A stretch of DNA of 49,281 nt. It comes from Hyphochytrium catenoides. Its lineage: Eukaryota; Protista; Hyphochytriomycota. The number at the start of each line of letters is the position of its first letter. The first letter of the stretch is position 1. Location: NCBI GenBank assembly GCA_900088475.1, contig FLMG01000692.1:1-49281 (forward strand), written 5' to 3'. The notes beneath the pieces were generated by a model. That model made no database searches, was not told the DNA's origin, and saw nothing but the letters and a program-made list of their open reading frames with translations. Positions 8,936 through 22,403 of this stretch are shown piece by piece. A program made the position numbers and the translations under genes.

Positions 8936-11900
8936 CTATAGAACATTTTGGCGGTGCGCTTGCGCTCTTGTCACTGGCCCTCCGCTGCCAGCTCCTGAGG
9001 AAGGAGAGAGAAGANNNNNNNNNNNNNNNNNNNNNNNNNNNNNNNNNNNNNNNNNNNNNNNNNNNNNNNNNNNNNNNNNNNNNNNNNNNNNAGTTCTTGT
9101 GCCCCACCAACTGCATGGAACAAGAAAGAGACAGACAGACAGAGAGGAAGCACACAGGGCAGAGGAGAGAGGAGGTGAGACACGGAGCGACTATTGAAAA
9201 TGTGAAGAGAGAGAAGCCTTCCAACCCCTGCCACATTGTTTATGGAGTCAAAATCCTTCAGCCAGAGCGGAAAGCTTAAGAAGAACACAATGGAAACCTA
9301 GAGAGAGAGAAGGAGAGAGAAGGAGAGATCCCGCACCCTTTCGTTCTCGTCCCTGAGCTCATCCATAATGCTTTCGATCTGTTGGTACTTCTTCTCGAGC
9401 TCCTCATACCGCGCGCGCTCTGCCTCCAGTAGCGCCTGACAACATCAGAATGGCGAATGTGACGTTCATGTGAGAAGAGAGGAAGAGGCGCAGCAATGAT
9501 AAGAGGAGACTGGTTTAGTCCCTTTCTAGGGACTATGAGAACTCTCACTCTGTCTGTCTCTCTCTCTTCCACCTCTCTCTTTCTCTCTCTCTCTCTCTCT
9601 CCATGTCTCTCTTGGATCAACCCTACCTGTCTCTCGTCAAGCTCCTTCTGCTGCGCAGCCAGGTCCCGTAGGACGGCGTTCTCTTCCTCAAGTTGACAAA
9701 GACGGGCCTGGGCGACTTCCAGTTGGGTCTCCTGCCCGGAACCGAGAGTTAGATGCCCGACATGAGCAACATCAAGGGCGTGACAAGAAAGAGAGAATTG
9801 ATAGACGCTAAGACGGTGGAAGAAAAGAGGGTATCTATGCCTATGGCGGCGAGGAGAGAGAGGTAGAAGATGCAGCTAACTGGTGTTAAGAAGAATTCTT
9901 TCTTAAGATGGATAGAACGGAAAAGAAGGACCCATTCAGGAGTCTGAACTAAAGGACGGATTCCTCAGATCCTCGAAAGAGAGAGGACAGAGAGACTGAA
10001 AGAGATGAGAGAGAGAGAGTATCTTTCTAGCTGTGATGAGAAAGGAAGGAAAGATCCTGCCAATGGCGGAACACCAGCGGTACACTAGAACTTCGGAGTG
10101 AAAGATAGAGAGAGTGCATTTCCTTCGTAGAAGTACGAGGTTCACCTTGGTTTCCGTGACTTCTTGCAACGCAAGGATCTGCTGTTCTCCCTCTTGAGCT
10201 CTCCGCATCGTCGCCCCCAGCTTCTGGGCTATGGCTGAGATTTCAGTCTGAGAGAAAAGAAGATAGATTCGTTACCGCACTGAGAGAGACTCCACCAGGG
10301 AAGAGAAGAGAGAGAGATTTACCGCACATCACCAAGGAAAGACGAAAGAGAAAGAGCCAGGGGAGAAGAGGGCCATCACTGGGATAAAGCCGGATGAAAC
10401 GAAGCCTTCCGTAACGTGGAAGGATCGAAAGAAGGAAGGAGAGCGAAGGACAGAAGAAAAGAGAGTCAAACAGAAATAGACGCACTTTGCTGGCCTGCAG
10501 AGCGTCTTCTAAGGCTTCTAAAAGGTCATCGGCATAGTCCTTAGGGTTAACCTTCGCATCCGGTACGTGGGAGAGGAGAGAAAGAGAGAGAAAGAGCGAA
10601 GAGCGGGTTTTGAGAGTCTCCATCACAGAGGCCAGTTCGCCACTAACCATCTAGCAACACGGCAGCGGGCATGAGGAAGAGACAGACAGCCTGTCAGAGC
10701 TATTCCGGAGAAAGGAATATATAGAGGGAGAGAGATGCAGAGCGGGAGAGAGACAGTAAGAGAAAGAGAGAGAAGCTATAACAGGACGAGAGACAGTTTT
10801 CAGTATGACAATAGGCGAAGAAGAGGCTGACATCTTCTTTACCTTCAATTGTTGGCAAGCCTTGTCTCCTGCTTTTCTCTCCTCCAAGAGCTGCAGTTCC
10901 AGTTCCTCCTTTTGAGAAACAAGAGCCAATGCTGCCTCTTCTTCTTTCTTCTTAAGAGCAGCTTCGTAGTTCCTGGCAATCCTCTCTCTCCCTTCCTCAG
11001 CCTCCTTTGTGATAGCAGCGATCCTTTCCTCATGTTCTCTCTCTGTCTCTTCTCTTTCTCTCTGTCGAAGAAGGGTGAGGGAGCGCATTTCTTCGACGTA
11101 TTCGCCAGCACGTTGCTCCAGTTTGGCCTCCAGCTTTCTTTGAAGGTCTTGCATCTCTTCCTCTTTCTCTCTGACTGCAGAGGCCACTTCTCTCTCCTTT
11201 TCTTCCAGCATAAGCTGGACTTCCTTTTCGTGCTCTTCCCTCTCTTGCAATCGTCTCTCTTCCATCTCTCTTTCCTTCTCCGTAAGAACTGCCTCAAACT
11301 CTTCATGAACCTTTGCCAGCGTCTCTTCTTGGTCCCTCCTCAAAGCGGCAATCTCTTCCTCTCCTTTCTCTACAACCTCCTGCATTTGGTTGTCATACTC
11401 CTCTTTCTGAGCTTTCTTCTGGCTCTCAAATTCCTTTTCCTTTCTGTCAAGTTCCGCATTGAAGGTTGCTTGCAGTTCTGCCAGTTTTGCGTCTCTTTCC
11501 TTTTGAAGACCAGAGACTTCTCTCTCGTGAGCCTCTTTCAATGCTAGATAGAGAGAGATTGAAAGGGAGGAAAAGAGAGAGACGGGAAAGAGAGAAGGTT
11601 ATCCAAGATGATTGAACAATGAAGATGATGGGGAGAAGAGGTCAAGGAATTGGAAGGTCGACCGACTAGGAGAGAGAACGAAAGATAAAAGCAAAGAATC
11701 TGTAGTGGCGCACCTTGAAGAGCTTCTTCTCTAGTCTTCATCTCCTTCTGAAGTCCATCGCATTGTTTTTCCAAGGTCTCTACCGCTTGCAGAGCCTCAG
11801 CCAGCGCTGACTCTTTCTCTTCTCTCTCTGCCTTCACCTATCAAGAGCGTTAGGGTGGAGGGGAAGGAAGATGAACTAAAAGAGAAGGCCAGAAGCCTGG

Positions 11901-12988
11901 CAAGGTGCGAAAAGACACTCTCTTCCATCTCTTGCTCGTCGTAAAATGCTGCATCCTTTCCCCGCAAAAATAAAGACCACAATCTCTGTTCTTCTGCAGA
12001 AGAGAAGAGAGCGCTGGCCTTTCAAAGAGAGAGACAGAGAAAAGAAGGGGAGAAGATGGAGACAACAGATCGTGGAAGGATAGATCTTGCCTGCTCAATG
12101 TTTCTCTCTCTTTCTTCGCATATACGCTGGCTCTCTCCCAGTAGTTCTGCTAGCTTGTCCTTCTCGACGACTGCAGAGGCTAACTCTTGGGCTGTGACCA
12201 CAGCGGAAGGCAGAGGAGCAAGGAAGAGACTTAGCTCTGCACCGAGAAGAGAGAAACGAGAGCCAGTATCTCCCTAGGGGCCGGATAGAGAAGAAAGGAC
12301 GGCCTATAGGCTAAAGTATGTTCAGATACCTTTCTGCTCTTTGAGAACCGTCATTTCCTGCAGTTCGCTTTGCAGGGAGGAGAGATTCTCAACCAAGTTC
12401 TCTCTCTCTTGGGCTGTCACCTCCAGCTTCTCCTTCAGGTGCTGCAGTCATAAGAGAAATGTAAAGAGACAGAAAAGAAACCAGACAGAGAGGAAGAGTC
12501 AGTTAAAGACTATCAGCAACAATGGAAAGAGGGAAAGCGATAGATAGGCTGACAAAGAAAGAGAGAGAGAGAGTCCAGAGATGGATGGTGAGAGAGAGAA
12601 GATCACTTTCGCGGTATGAATAGGTGATGAAGAAACTTCAGATTTTTCTTTTCTGAACCTGAAAAGACTCTTCCAAGCTCATTCTCTCTTCTTCTCTCCT
12701 CTGTTCCCTGTCAGCGTACTCTTGAAGGAGCTCAAGCATCTTCTCCATCTCCTTCTCTGCCTCCTCCTGGGCGTTGACTTGATAGCGAATCTGCTCTGTG
12801 AGGGTGTCATGATCCTCCTGCGAAGAAGGAAGAGAAGAACTTTAACAGAGGATGAAGAGAAAGAAGTAGAAGACTGGCCATAGATGATGAGAGAAGAATG
12901 GACACCTTAGCGACGGAACAAGTGGTGCAGGCAAATGCACGCTCGGCTCTACAATGCCGAAACGCTCTAGGACTAAGAGAGAGGTGAT

Positions 12989-13026
<38 letters not shown>

Positions 13027-16000
13027 AAAAGAAGAGAGTGGGAGAAACAAGGTTTATTCTGCCTGGTGACCTGGAGGTTAGTAAGCTCAAAGGTAAGGGA
13101 ATCACAAGCGCGGACGGAAGACGCAAGCTCTCCTTCCAAGCGTCCGACTTCAGACTCCAAGGTAGCTGGTTGAAGAGAGAGAAAGGAGACAGAAGAATAC
13201 GCGTGAGAAAGGAAGTGCCGGGAGAGAAAGGGCATTGAAAGAGTGCAGCGTCTACCTTGGCGCTCTCCCCCTTCCTTTACTCTCTCTTCCAGAGTGGCTA
13301 TTCGCTCCATCAGCTCTGTCTTCAGCTCTGCCGCCGCGGCGACAGCTTCCTCTAGCTGAACAATTGAATTGTGCTGACTCTGAAGTTTGGTTTGGGATAG
13401 GGAAGAAAAATTAGAAAAGGATGAGAAAGTGGAGGTGTCAGAAAAAAGAACTTCTGCTCCTGACAGAAAATCAGAGAAAGGGCAGTGAACAGTGGAGGAG
13501 ATATCAGTCATCGCGTTACAGGCAGGAAGGGAAAGTTCCGCCCATGAGAACGAGAATTGTTCAACAAAAAGCAAGGAAAGGGGAGAAAGGAGGGGAGAGG
13601 AGCAAGGAGGGGAAGCCACTCAAAGAGAGAGCAGGCCTCTTTAGTCTTATCACGTGTCAGTCCGTCTCCCCCTCTCTCCCGGCCCCTTCTGCTATCACTC
13701 TCTCGCTCTTATTCTTGTAGCCCTAATCCCTCTAGCTTCTGCTCTTCCCTATGTTACCTCCTCTTTCTCGGCTGCTTCCGCCAGCTGACCCTGCAAAGTG
13801 CTTACGGTTTCCTCGTAGGTGCTCTCCAGCTGAGACAAGAACAGAGAGCTGCTTTAGAACGGGAGAGTACAATTCACTCTCTCTCTCTCCCTTTCTTTTT
13901 CTCTCGTTCCCCTACATGCCACAAGTGCTTATCTACTTCGTCACCTACACTTTGTAGCTTGGATTGGGCAAGCTGTCTCTCTTCCTCTCTCTCGTCTTGA
14001 GATGAGCTCAGGTCCGCTCTCAGTGCTTCGACCCGTTGAAGAAGCACGGCGTTATCCTGTTATGATGTGGTGCCAGAGAAAGCATGGAGAGGCGGATTGT
14101 AAGTAACCTCTTGTCTCTCCCCTCTGGCCCATTCCCTCCAGACCCCTTCTCTGTGTCCTCTGCCTCGTCTTTCTCGCACAGGTCGTGTTTCCCTTCCTCC
14201 GTCTCGCTCGCTGTTCTCTTCGGACAGCACTACTCTACTCCGCTTTCCCTCTGTCGTTCTTCTCTTCGCTGTTGCCTTCTTCCTTCCTTTGCATTACTTT
14301 TCCTCTCTCTGGCGGGCGTATATCTTTGTCTTTACCTTGCAGGAGGTAGCCAGTTCCGCTCTGAGCTGCAGCTCAATGCTTCCAGCTTCTTCAGCCTATC
14401 CGGCAACAGAAGAGAGAAATACACGTCAGAGGGAGAGAGTGACAAAGAGAGAAGGAAAGACTTCAAGAAAGAAGGTAGAGAGCCACGGGGTCAGTGTCCC
14501 CTTAAGGTCTATCAACAAACAGCAAATGGTTGGCATCTAGAGGGCAACAAGATAGCTCCTCCGACTGTCTTTCATTGTGAATCGTACCTTGCTGCAGGCG
14601 ACGGTGAGCGATTCAATCCTGTTCTCCATTTCCTTTTGTTCCTCTTCTCTCTGTGACTTCAGAGTATTCATTGCGCCTCTGAGACTGTCCATTTCCTTCT
14701 GTGCTCTTGCCAGGTCAGAAAGAAGTGACTCACTTCTCTGTCTTTCTGCTCTCAGCTCTCTTTCTTTCTGCCCTTTCTCTCTCTCTTCTCTCTTCAGCTC
14801 CTCCTTCAGGGACGCTAGCTTCGTATGAAACTCCTGCTCCAGGACCCACTTCCTAAACTCCGCAGACAGATGGGCGTTGGCCGCAGCCAGCAGGTTGGCG
14901 GCGGGTCCATCCGCTGGAGAAGGAGCAACCGGAAAAGCACGAGTTAGACTCGTATATCTTGCAGAGCAAACGACAGGCTTTAATGGTAGCATTACCGGCC
15001 TGGGGCTCCATCTTCGCGAGCCTCTGCAGCAGCTCGTGCTTTTCTGCAATGTGCACGGCAGTCTCCGTCGCAAGTTTATCATTTAGCTCTACCAGCCGAT
15101 CAATCTCTTGCCTGGCCGTGGCGGAAGGATTGACCAGGAAGAGAGAGGAGACGACAATCAAGCGGTTAGGACGGAGCCAGAAAAGAGAAAACATCATTCC
15201 AGGAGGACATAAGCGTGATCGAAAAGGTGAGACGAAAGAGAGTAGAGTGAGCCGACAAGGAAGAGACTAAGAAAGAAAAGAGGAGTGATTCCGCTGTGAA
15301 GAGAGACAAGTAGCGTTAAAGAGGAGAGAGAGACAAGGTCCAAGAGCGAGAGACAGACTCCCGTCAAGGATAACGTAGAGATAGAAAAAAAGAAAGGGAA
15401 GCACCGACCGGTAGGGTGCCTCAAAGTCATCCACCCACTGCCCTTCGGGGGCAAGCTCCTCGAGCTTTTCTTCCAAGCATTCAAATCTACGTTTAAAGCA
15501 ACCAAGGATAGGGGAGAAGGAATACGCTAAGAGAGTGTGCGGCGGAGAGAGAGAGACTAGACAGAAGGACCTTGACGGAGAGGGAGAAGTAGAATACTAC
15601 GGACAGAGTGGAGGAAGATAGAGGCTGAGAATCAAGGACCTTAGGAAAGACGCTTTGCGACAAGTTAGAGAGAGAAAGCCCAAGCGGGAAGTAGGAAAGA
15701 GACCATGGCCTCCAGGGAGGCGGAAGAGACGGAAGGAGAGAAGATAAATGCTGTAGAGTGAGCGGAAGGAGAATGGGAGAGAGACATTAGCATACTTGAT
15801 CCTCCACTCAATGGCCTGGGCTGGCTGCTCTAACTCTTCCTGCAACCTCTTCACTTCTTCTCGAAGCTCTCTCTCTTCCTGAGAGCTGTCAATTGCTGCC
15901 TTCCCTTCTCTCAGGCGCTGCAATGCTGCCTCTCGAAGCTTAAGGATCATCTGACGGTTCTAAAGAAGATACAGGACAGAGAAAGAGAATACAAGTGGAC

Positions 16001-16387
16001 ATTAGCGGAGAACATGGGAAAAAGAGTATAGAATGCAAAGAAAAGAAGGGAAGGATGATCACTCCCTAACCTGGTCCAGGGATACACACAGGCAGTGCCA
16101 ACCGAGATGCAGGCGAAGACAAGATAAAGGCACACAAGAGGAAGAGAGATGGGAGAGAGAGAAAGAGAGAGAGAAAGAAACGGATCAATGGGAACGTGCC
16201 TGCAGCGATTGTTCCAGCCTCTGACAGAGAAGAGAAGCGTTCTCAAGCTTCCTCTCAAGTTTCCGAGCCTTCTCTCTTTCCTTTCTCTGGCTAAGTAGAC
16301 ATTCTGTCATAGCGGTCTCCAGCTCATACTGACGGAAATTGGGGACAGATGCTGCCTCTCCAGACACTAGAGAAAAAGGGGAACAGT

Positions 16388-16421
<34 letters not shown>

Positions 16422-19400
16422 CAGCATAGAGAGAAGAGTGTCTTAGCCATCATGTTGCGATAGGAAAGGAGAGGAAAGGAGAGCGCTTAGGAATAGAAGG
16501 AGAAGAGTGCCAAGCATTTCGTTTCAATGTGACCTTACCGTGAGCACTGAGAGCCAGAGGAGACTCCTGGCGCACTCTGGTGAGTTCCTCTCGCAACCGA
16601 TTTACCTGCAGATGGAGAGAGAGGTCAGACCCAGGAATCTTTTGTTGGTTCAGGAAAAAAGAGGCAAAAGAACAGAGACAACAAGCCTCCAAGAAAGAGA
16701 GATATTGGACAGCAGTAGGGCCGTGCTTTACCTCTTTCTGCAGCTGAGTGACGCTGCCCATCGTATCTTCGTTCACGACCGCGCGGTTCTTAATCATCTT
16801 CGCGCGCTGGGCAAACTTCAAAGTGCTCAAAGTCTCCCCAAAGCAATCTCCAGCCGGGCTTCGGATGGACAGTGTGAGACATATACAAGGTGTGGGTTGG
16901 AGAGAGAAAAGACCGGCAAAGAGACAGAGAGACAGGGAGAAGTATCCCGTGGTGAGTCAGAGGATATTTGTAAGCCCTTCTATGTGGCTTCAGAGAGAAA
17001 GAGTCTGCAGGCGCTTCTCCTCTGTTCCGACTCTATATATCGCTTATCCCTGTCGGTTTACCTCAGAGTGCCCACGATGAAAGTTTTAGAGTTGCCGCCA
17101 AGGGAGTCCTTGAGGAGGAAGGTGAGCTTCGAATCGCGATAATGCACTGCAGCGCACAGGAAGGCAAGGGTCAGCGGAGGCGCATCTGACAATAGCTAGA
17201 AGAAAGACAAACGGAGAGACGAAGAATAGCAACCAGTAAGAGGAGAGACTCACCATGGCGCGTCTTTCCTGCACTCTGGTCCACCTGGTAGATCAGATGA
17301 CGGTCAGTCGGAGTGGTGCAGCCTTTGCTTGCTGTCTGTCCCCTTACCAGTGCGTTTATCACGTTTCCTAGAGCCGAGAGACTCTTGTTGATGCTTCCGG
17401 CCTCTTTCAGACGCTCACCAAGTGCTTCTGTCGCCTTCTGCCGCTCTGAGCCAGCCAAGTCGATCAGGTTGAAGCGAGCTAGCCTGGATCTGTACCAAGG
17501 CAGGAGCGGAAAGAAGAGAGAAAAAAGAGAGAGAAGAGACGGTGTAAGCAACAGAGGAAGAGAAGAAGCATAGCGATTCCCAGGTATGATACTGCGCTGT
17601 CTGCCTTCTCTTGGTCCTTTGGCGCAAGAATCCTCAACCTCAACACAGCTCACCTCCTTTCCCTAACTTTTCTTCCTCGTCTGTCTCCCTTTCTCTCTCG
17701 GCCGTGTCTGTTTCCCTGGCAACTCCTCGAAACCCTCTCCCTCTGTGTCTCTTTCGTCCTTTCCATAGTGTAATTACTGCCCGCTTTGTCAACACTTCCC
17801 TCCTTTTTCTACTTGTTGTTCTTTTCTTGGCGCTTCCTGAGCGTTGCTGCTGCTTTGTACCTTATGATGCCTTCCTTTCTCTCCTTGGCCTCAATAACCA
17901 AGGTAAAGACACTGTGAGATCGACTGCTTTCTCTGTTCATGGCCGTCTCTCCTACTCTGCGGTTCCTTACACCTTGAGAGATGATACTGCCTGCCTCTTG
18001 GGCATCGGTCACAGTGAACTGCGAGAGCCAAAGAGAGGCGAGAAGAATAATTGGCCGATATAAGGAGGATTAGATTCTAGGGTCAATGGATTGGCAAGAG
18101 ATTCTTATACGTTCGAATCCCTCAGCTTGAAGGAGAAAGAAGCAGAGTGCAGAGAGCTGGCCTCAGTCCAGTAAGGAGAGGATAATAGAGAGCTTTCTTA
18201 GGCGCTTACCTCTGTGAGGCCCTCGACATAAACTCCGGTCTTCATGTTCTCTCTCAGATGCAGCCCCGCTTCGGAGTGAGAGGCGTCTAACAGGTCGTAG
18301 ATCCTCTCATTGTAGATCTCCAGGAATGAGCACTTGCACAGATACTCGGTGCTGCAGAAGAGAGACAGAGAACTAATGTTACCATGGGCTTCAAGGCAAG
18401 TCTGCAGAGACTCTACCATGCGGTTGGCAGATGGCTCCAAGGATCTTACCCCGTTTGGCTTCTCTCCTGTCTAGAGATACAGGCGAAGAGGTACTCCAGC
18501 ACGCGAGGGACAAGGCCGCGATTTGTATGGACACTGTGGGAAGCCTGCAATAGAAATGATGAGTCTCTTTGCGGCTACCGGCTATACCTTGGCTGTTTGC
18601 ATAGGAGCTAGGCAAGGCATATGCCGGCAAGAGGAGGAGACTTTGATACAGAAGAGACAACTCTTTAAGAAAGGGCAGAGCGGAAGAGTAAGCAGAATCA
18701 GTGGTAAGCGGAGAAAGAGAGAGTGTGTGTGCCATTTCACTCTCAGCACTAATGCAGATAAGCAAGCGGCTAACTGGTCCAAGCCGAAGGAGAAGGTGAG
18801 GAGAAATGGAAGCATTGAAAGAGAGAAAGAGAGAGAGAGAAAGAAAGAGAGAGAAAGAGACATACCTCATCCCCGTACAGGTTCTCCACTTCTGGTCCCA
18901 GCACCGTGTACGTCTTCCCGGATCCGGTCTGTCCATAGGCGAAGATGGTACCATTGTAGCCTTCCAGACAAGCGTTCGTGATGGGCTTGCCCACAACCTG
19001 GAAGATCTCTTCCTGGGATGATTCTTCGCCGGCCACATAGTCAAAGGTGAAAATCTGCTGGTCCCAAGACAGACAAGATTGTCAGCAGAAGAGGACATGA
19101 GGGACAGAAGAGAGAGAGAGAGGATAAAACGAAGGGCAGACAGCAGTTGAGCTCAAGAGACAGCGTGGTGAAGACAAGAGATGTGGTTGTCGGTAGAGAA
19201 AGGCTTTCCTTTGGCTGTGGGCGCGATTGGATGGTGATGGTCTTCTTGTCAGAAGCCACCTCGACACAGCGACGGAAGCCAAAGTTTCTCTCTCTCTCGT
19301 TTGGGGGCCTTACGCGGCAGAAGACGCGGACATTTTCGTTATCTGACGGTCGGGGGAGAAGGAATTGGAGACGTGACAGCCCCAGTCACAGGCAAGTTAG

Positions 19401-19464
19401 CTCTGTTCTGCTTCGGTTTGAATGCGATGAGGGCTCTCTCGATTTGCTTACCTTCTGGATCCAT
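8936..19464 (-). CDS. KIF15: Kinesin-12 / KIF15-like motor protein (~1400 aa, >=32 exons; 3' end uncertain because of N-gap 9015-9091)
   Basis: Frame-consistent manual splicing: 19464-19452, 19342-19209 ([11 protein letters not shown]), 19054-18866 (IFTFDYV...[18 protein letters not shown]-loop), 18544-18450, 18351-18210 ([14 protein letters not shown]), 18018-17861 ([12 protein letters not shown], switch I), 17489-17348 ([10 protein letters not shown], switch II), 17284-17254, 17146-17062 ([21 protein letters not shown]), 16858-16732 ([13 protein letters not shown]). Coiled-coil exons continue to 9337 (longest 11543-10843). The exon starting at 9110 reads LVGHKN, the L-x-GH-x-N motif of the KIF15/HMMR C-terminus. 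Last exon 8994-8936 is tentative. Confidence 0.93.
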
Positions 19465-20039
19465 GCTTCCTCTCCCATGCAGCTCGGCCGCCAGGCGCTG
19501 CTTGCTTAGAGTGCTACGTACAGATGCGCCGCTCAAGGTGAAATATTTAGAACTTGGCTTTCACTCCCTGCCCTAGACCAAAACCGTGACTGGCCAGCGA
19601 TAGGGCGGCACTAGAGAGCAGATCCTCTTGAGAATAGGCGACCAGGGCTCCCGAGAACCAGAAAGAGAACAACAGGAATAGAAACTGAGTGGAAAAGAGA
19701 TCGAGCGCGAACGAAGCGGGGGAGGAAGGCTAAGAAGCCGAGTGAGGAGAGAGAGATGGAGAGAAGGGAGAGACCGGCAAAGAGAGAAGATGAGAAAGAG
19801 AGAAAGGGAGAGAGAGAGAAAGGGAGAGAGAGAGAAAGCGATCAAGCCGGACTTGAAGGTCGACAGACGAAGAGCGGCGAACACGCCTGGCTTATAAGGA
19901 AGTGGGTGATCGAGTGCGCCAAGGAGAGAAAGAGACAACGGGGAGAGAGAGAGAGANNNNNNNNNNNNNNNNNNNNNNNNNNNNNNNNNNNNNNNNNNNN
20001 NNNNNNNNNNNNNNNNNNNNNNNNNNNNGAGAGGGTACA

Positions 20040-20425
20040 CAGGCAAGTGTGGGGGAGCTAGCTTCCTTGTCTGCGATTCTTCATATTTCAATTTTTGAAT
20101 TTGAGCATGCTATCCGGGATAATCATAGCTATTTTGACCTTTTACGGAAGTTTGTATGGGCCAAGCCGGGCTGATAGGGAATGAGATTCAGTACTGGTTT
20201 GTAGTAACATTAGTTCGATTCTAGGATGATTACTAAGTTGGCTGCTCACAGGGGGTTACTGATTGCTGACCCCTGTACTAGCAAAGAAACCCCCAGGGAG
20301 GCTGCGTGTAGAACTATACAGCTGTGTAAGGCAAACCAATACATATGTACAGGCTGCCATCATTGAGAGGCTTGTGTTTGCAGGGAAGAACTTGTGTCTG
20401 AAGAAGCGAAGCCTTTTCATGTTTC
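20040..20425. promoter_or_regulatory. Microsatellite-free island: putative bidirectional promoter (kinesin / PLAC8)
   Basis: Complex, AT-richer sequence between two divergent genes, flanked by CT tracts pointing outward on each sense strand. Confidence 0.55.
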
Positions 20426-20455
20426 CCATTCTTCTCTCTATTCTTTCTCTCGCCT

Positions 20456-20486
<31 letters not shown>

Positions 20487-20561
20487 CCCATCACTCACTC
20501 TCTCTCCCTCACCCTCTCTCTCTCTCTAACTCCCTCTCTCTTTCTCTGTCTCTCTCTCTCC

Positions 20562-20596
<35 letters not shown>

Positions 20597-20882
20597 CCCC
20601 TCTCTCTCCTTACTCGTCTTTTGCTCTACTCTCTCCTCTCGCTCGTCTCTCTTTTGCTGCTTCTCCTCCTCCCCATTGCCATTACCGTGTCCCACGCCCA
20701 CGCTGACCGAGATCTCTGCCAGCTTTTCGATCACCACGGCCTCCGATAAAAGAGAGCTTCAGAATCTCAGCCAGGACACGGGCAGCAAGCCGCCCATCGG
20801 TCTCCAGCTACTAAGAATCGACGAAGACACGGGATAAGAGGAAGAGAGAGAGAGAGAGAGAGCGGCACGTCAAGACGATACG

Positions 20883-21313
20883 ATGGCAGGGAAAGAGAAA
20901 CAAGGAGAGATGCGACGGGAGGACAACACGCTGGACATAGGATCCCACGGTACAACGCCGCTCCCTTCTCTTCAAAGAGACAAGAAAGTGGCGATAGTAG
21001 GCGTGCCGGCCTCTGACCGTCCAGCGGGGAAAGTGTATCAAACTCCTCTCGGTGCCGCGCAGGAGAATGTGCCGTCTCTCCGCGATGAAGAAGAGATTCC
21101 TTTTGGTTCCTGGAAGAGCCATCTCTTTGGAGGCTGCTGCGGAGTGCCGGTGCTTTGTGAGTAAAAGAAAGAGAGAGTTCTCTTCTTGTTGCCGGACTTT
21201 GTCTTCGCTCTCTGGTCACTGCCCGCAATATCATGAGAAAGTCTACGCCTTCGATGTGTCTGTTATGCTCTCTCTTACCAGGATCCTTGCTTTAGTGTCA
21301 AATGACCTTTGCA

Positions 21314-21373
<60 letters not shown>

Positions 21374-22403
21374 TCACAGAGTTTCTTCTCATCCGCTGTC
21401 ACTTTTATCTGCCATCTCCTCGCCTTCACCTTTCCCTCGCTCTCCCCTTTTGGTTTTCTACCTTTGTAGACCTTTCATCTCTCTTCCTTAACGCGTAAAC
21501 CCTTGTCAAGGGACCCAGTGCTCTTTCTAAGCCACGCTCTGCTTGCCTTGCAGCCCTGCTCACGTTGTACTGCCCATGCGTCGTGTACGCACAAGTCAAT
21601 CAAAGGCTAGGCCTCCGCGCCTTCCGCATCGCTTTCTCTCTCTTTCTCGCGGTCCAAGTGCTGAGCTTTGTAGGCCATATCGTCCTGCAGGCAGCGCTAG
21701 AAGATAAGGGAAAGCTGTCTTCAATCTCTTCCAACCCGTCTCCATCGTCTTCTGAGCCTGTCGCTCTGCTGACGCTTGATCGTGCGCAAGTCGCTATTCT
21801 TATCTATCAGCTCTCCCTCTCTCTCGTTTTGGGACTGATGATATGGAGACTCCGCACCAGAGTTCGCACTATGTTCAAGATTGAGGTGCGTCTCTCTTTG
21901 GGCTTGGCGGCTTACGTTTGAGTAGATTGTTCTCCTCCCAGTCCCTTACTCTCTCTCTCTCTCGTTCTCACCTGTTCGGCTTTTTGTCTCTTCCTTCATC
22001 TCTCCTTCTCTCTCTTAATTTTATCTCTTTCTTAAGGTTTCCCAGCTGTCTTGGCATGCTTTCTCTTCTATTGCACTGAGGGAAGAAATCGTTGGGCTTT
22101 CTATGGATAAAGTGTCCTTGCTGATCAGAGCGTGCCGTGGTCGTCTGAATCTCGCCCTCTCTATTATTTTAGGGCTCTACGCTTGTGGACCTTCTCTCTT
22201 CCGTGTTCTGCAGCTGCTGCGCACTGGTGCAAATGGCACGGCACACTGCGGCCTATGATACGCGCTACGATGACTGCACTTGCTTGGTCCCAGCCGTATA
22301 CAGCGGGCCAGTCGCTGGAGAAGATGGTGATATCGTCCTCTCAGAGACTCGTGAGATGAGAACGGAGGGAGGAACAGCTTCGTCGACCACTGTCTCTGTC
22401 TAG
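20883..22403 (+). CDS. PLAC8-family cysteine-rich membrane protein (3 exons)
   Basis: Exons 20883-21156, 21554-21885, 22173-22403 with GT-AG introns in phase. Reads GSWKSHLFGGCC...LYCPCVVYAQVNQRLG...hydrophobic helices...LRTRVRTMFKIEGSTLVDLLSSVFCSCCALVQMARH, matching the PLAC8 motifs W-x-x-x-L-F-x-CC, CPC and CxCCAL-x-Q. Confidence 0.88.

Noticed and set aside
10648-10650. Possible 3-nt microexon (TAG|ATG|GTTAGT) in the kinesin
   Set aside because: A single intron from 10842 to an acceptor near 10540-10552 explains the frame equally well; no independent support.
10849-11547. 232-aa plus-strand ORF
   Set aside because: Antisense shadow of the Glu/Lys-rich kinesin exon 11543-10843.
20094-20099. 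TTTGAA (CHR-like cell-cycle element) upstream of the mitotic kinesin
   Set aside because: A single 6-mer in AT-rich DNA, and CHR function is established only in animals.
20248-20276. Small hairpin ACAGGGGGTTA...TGACCCCTGT as an ncRNA or terminator
   Set aside because: Only a ~11-bp imperfect stem, with no tRNA, snRNA or snoRNA motifs.
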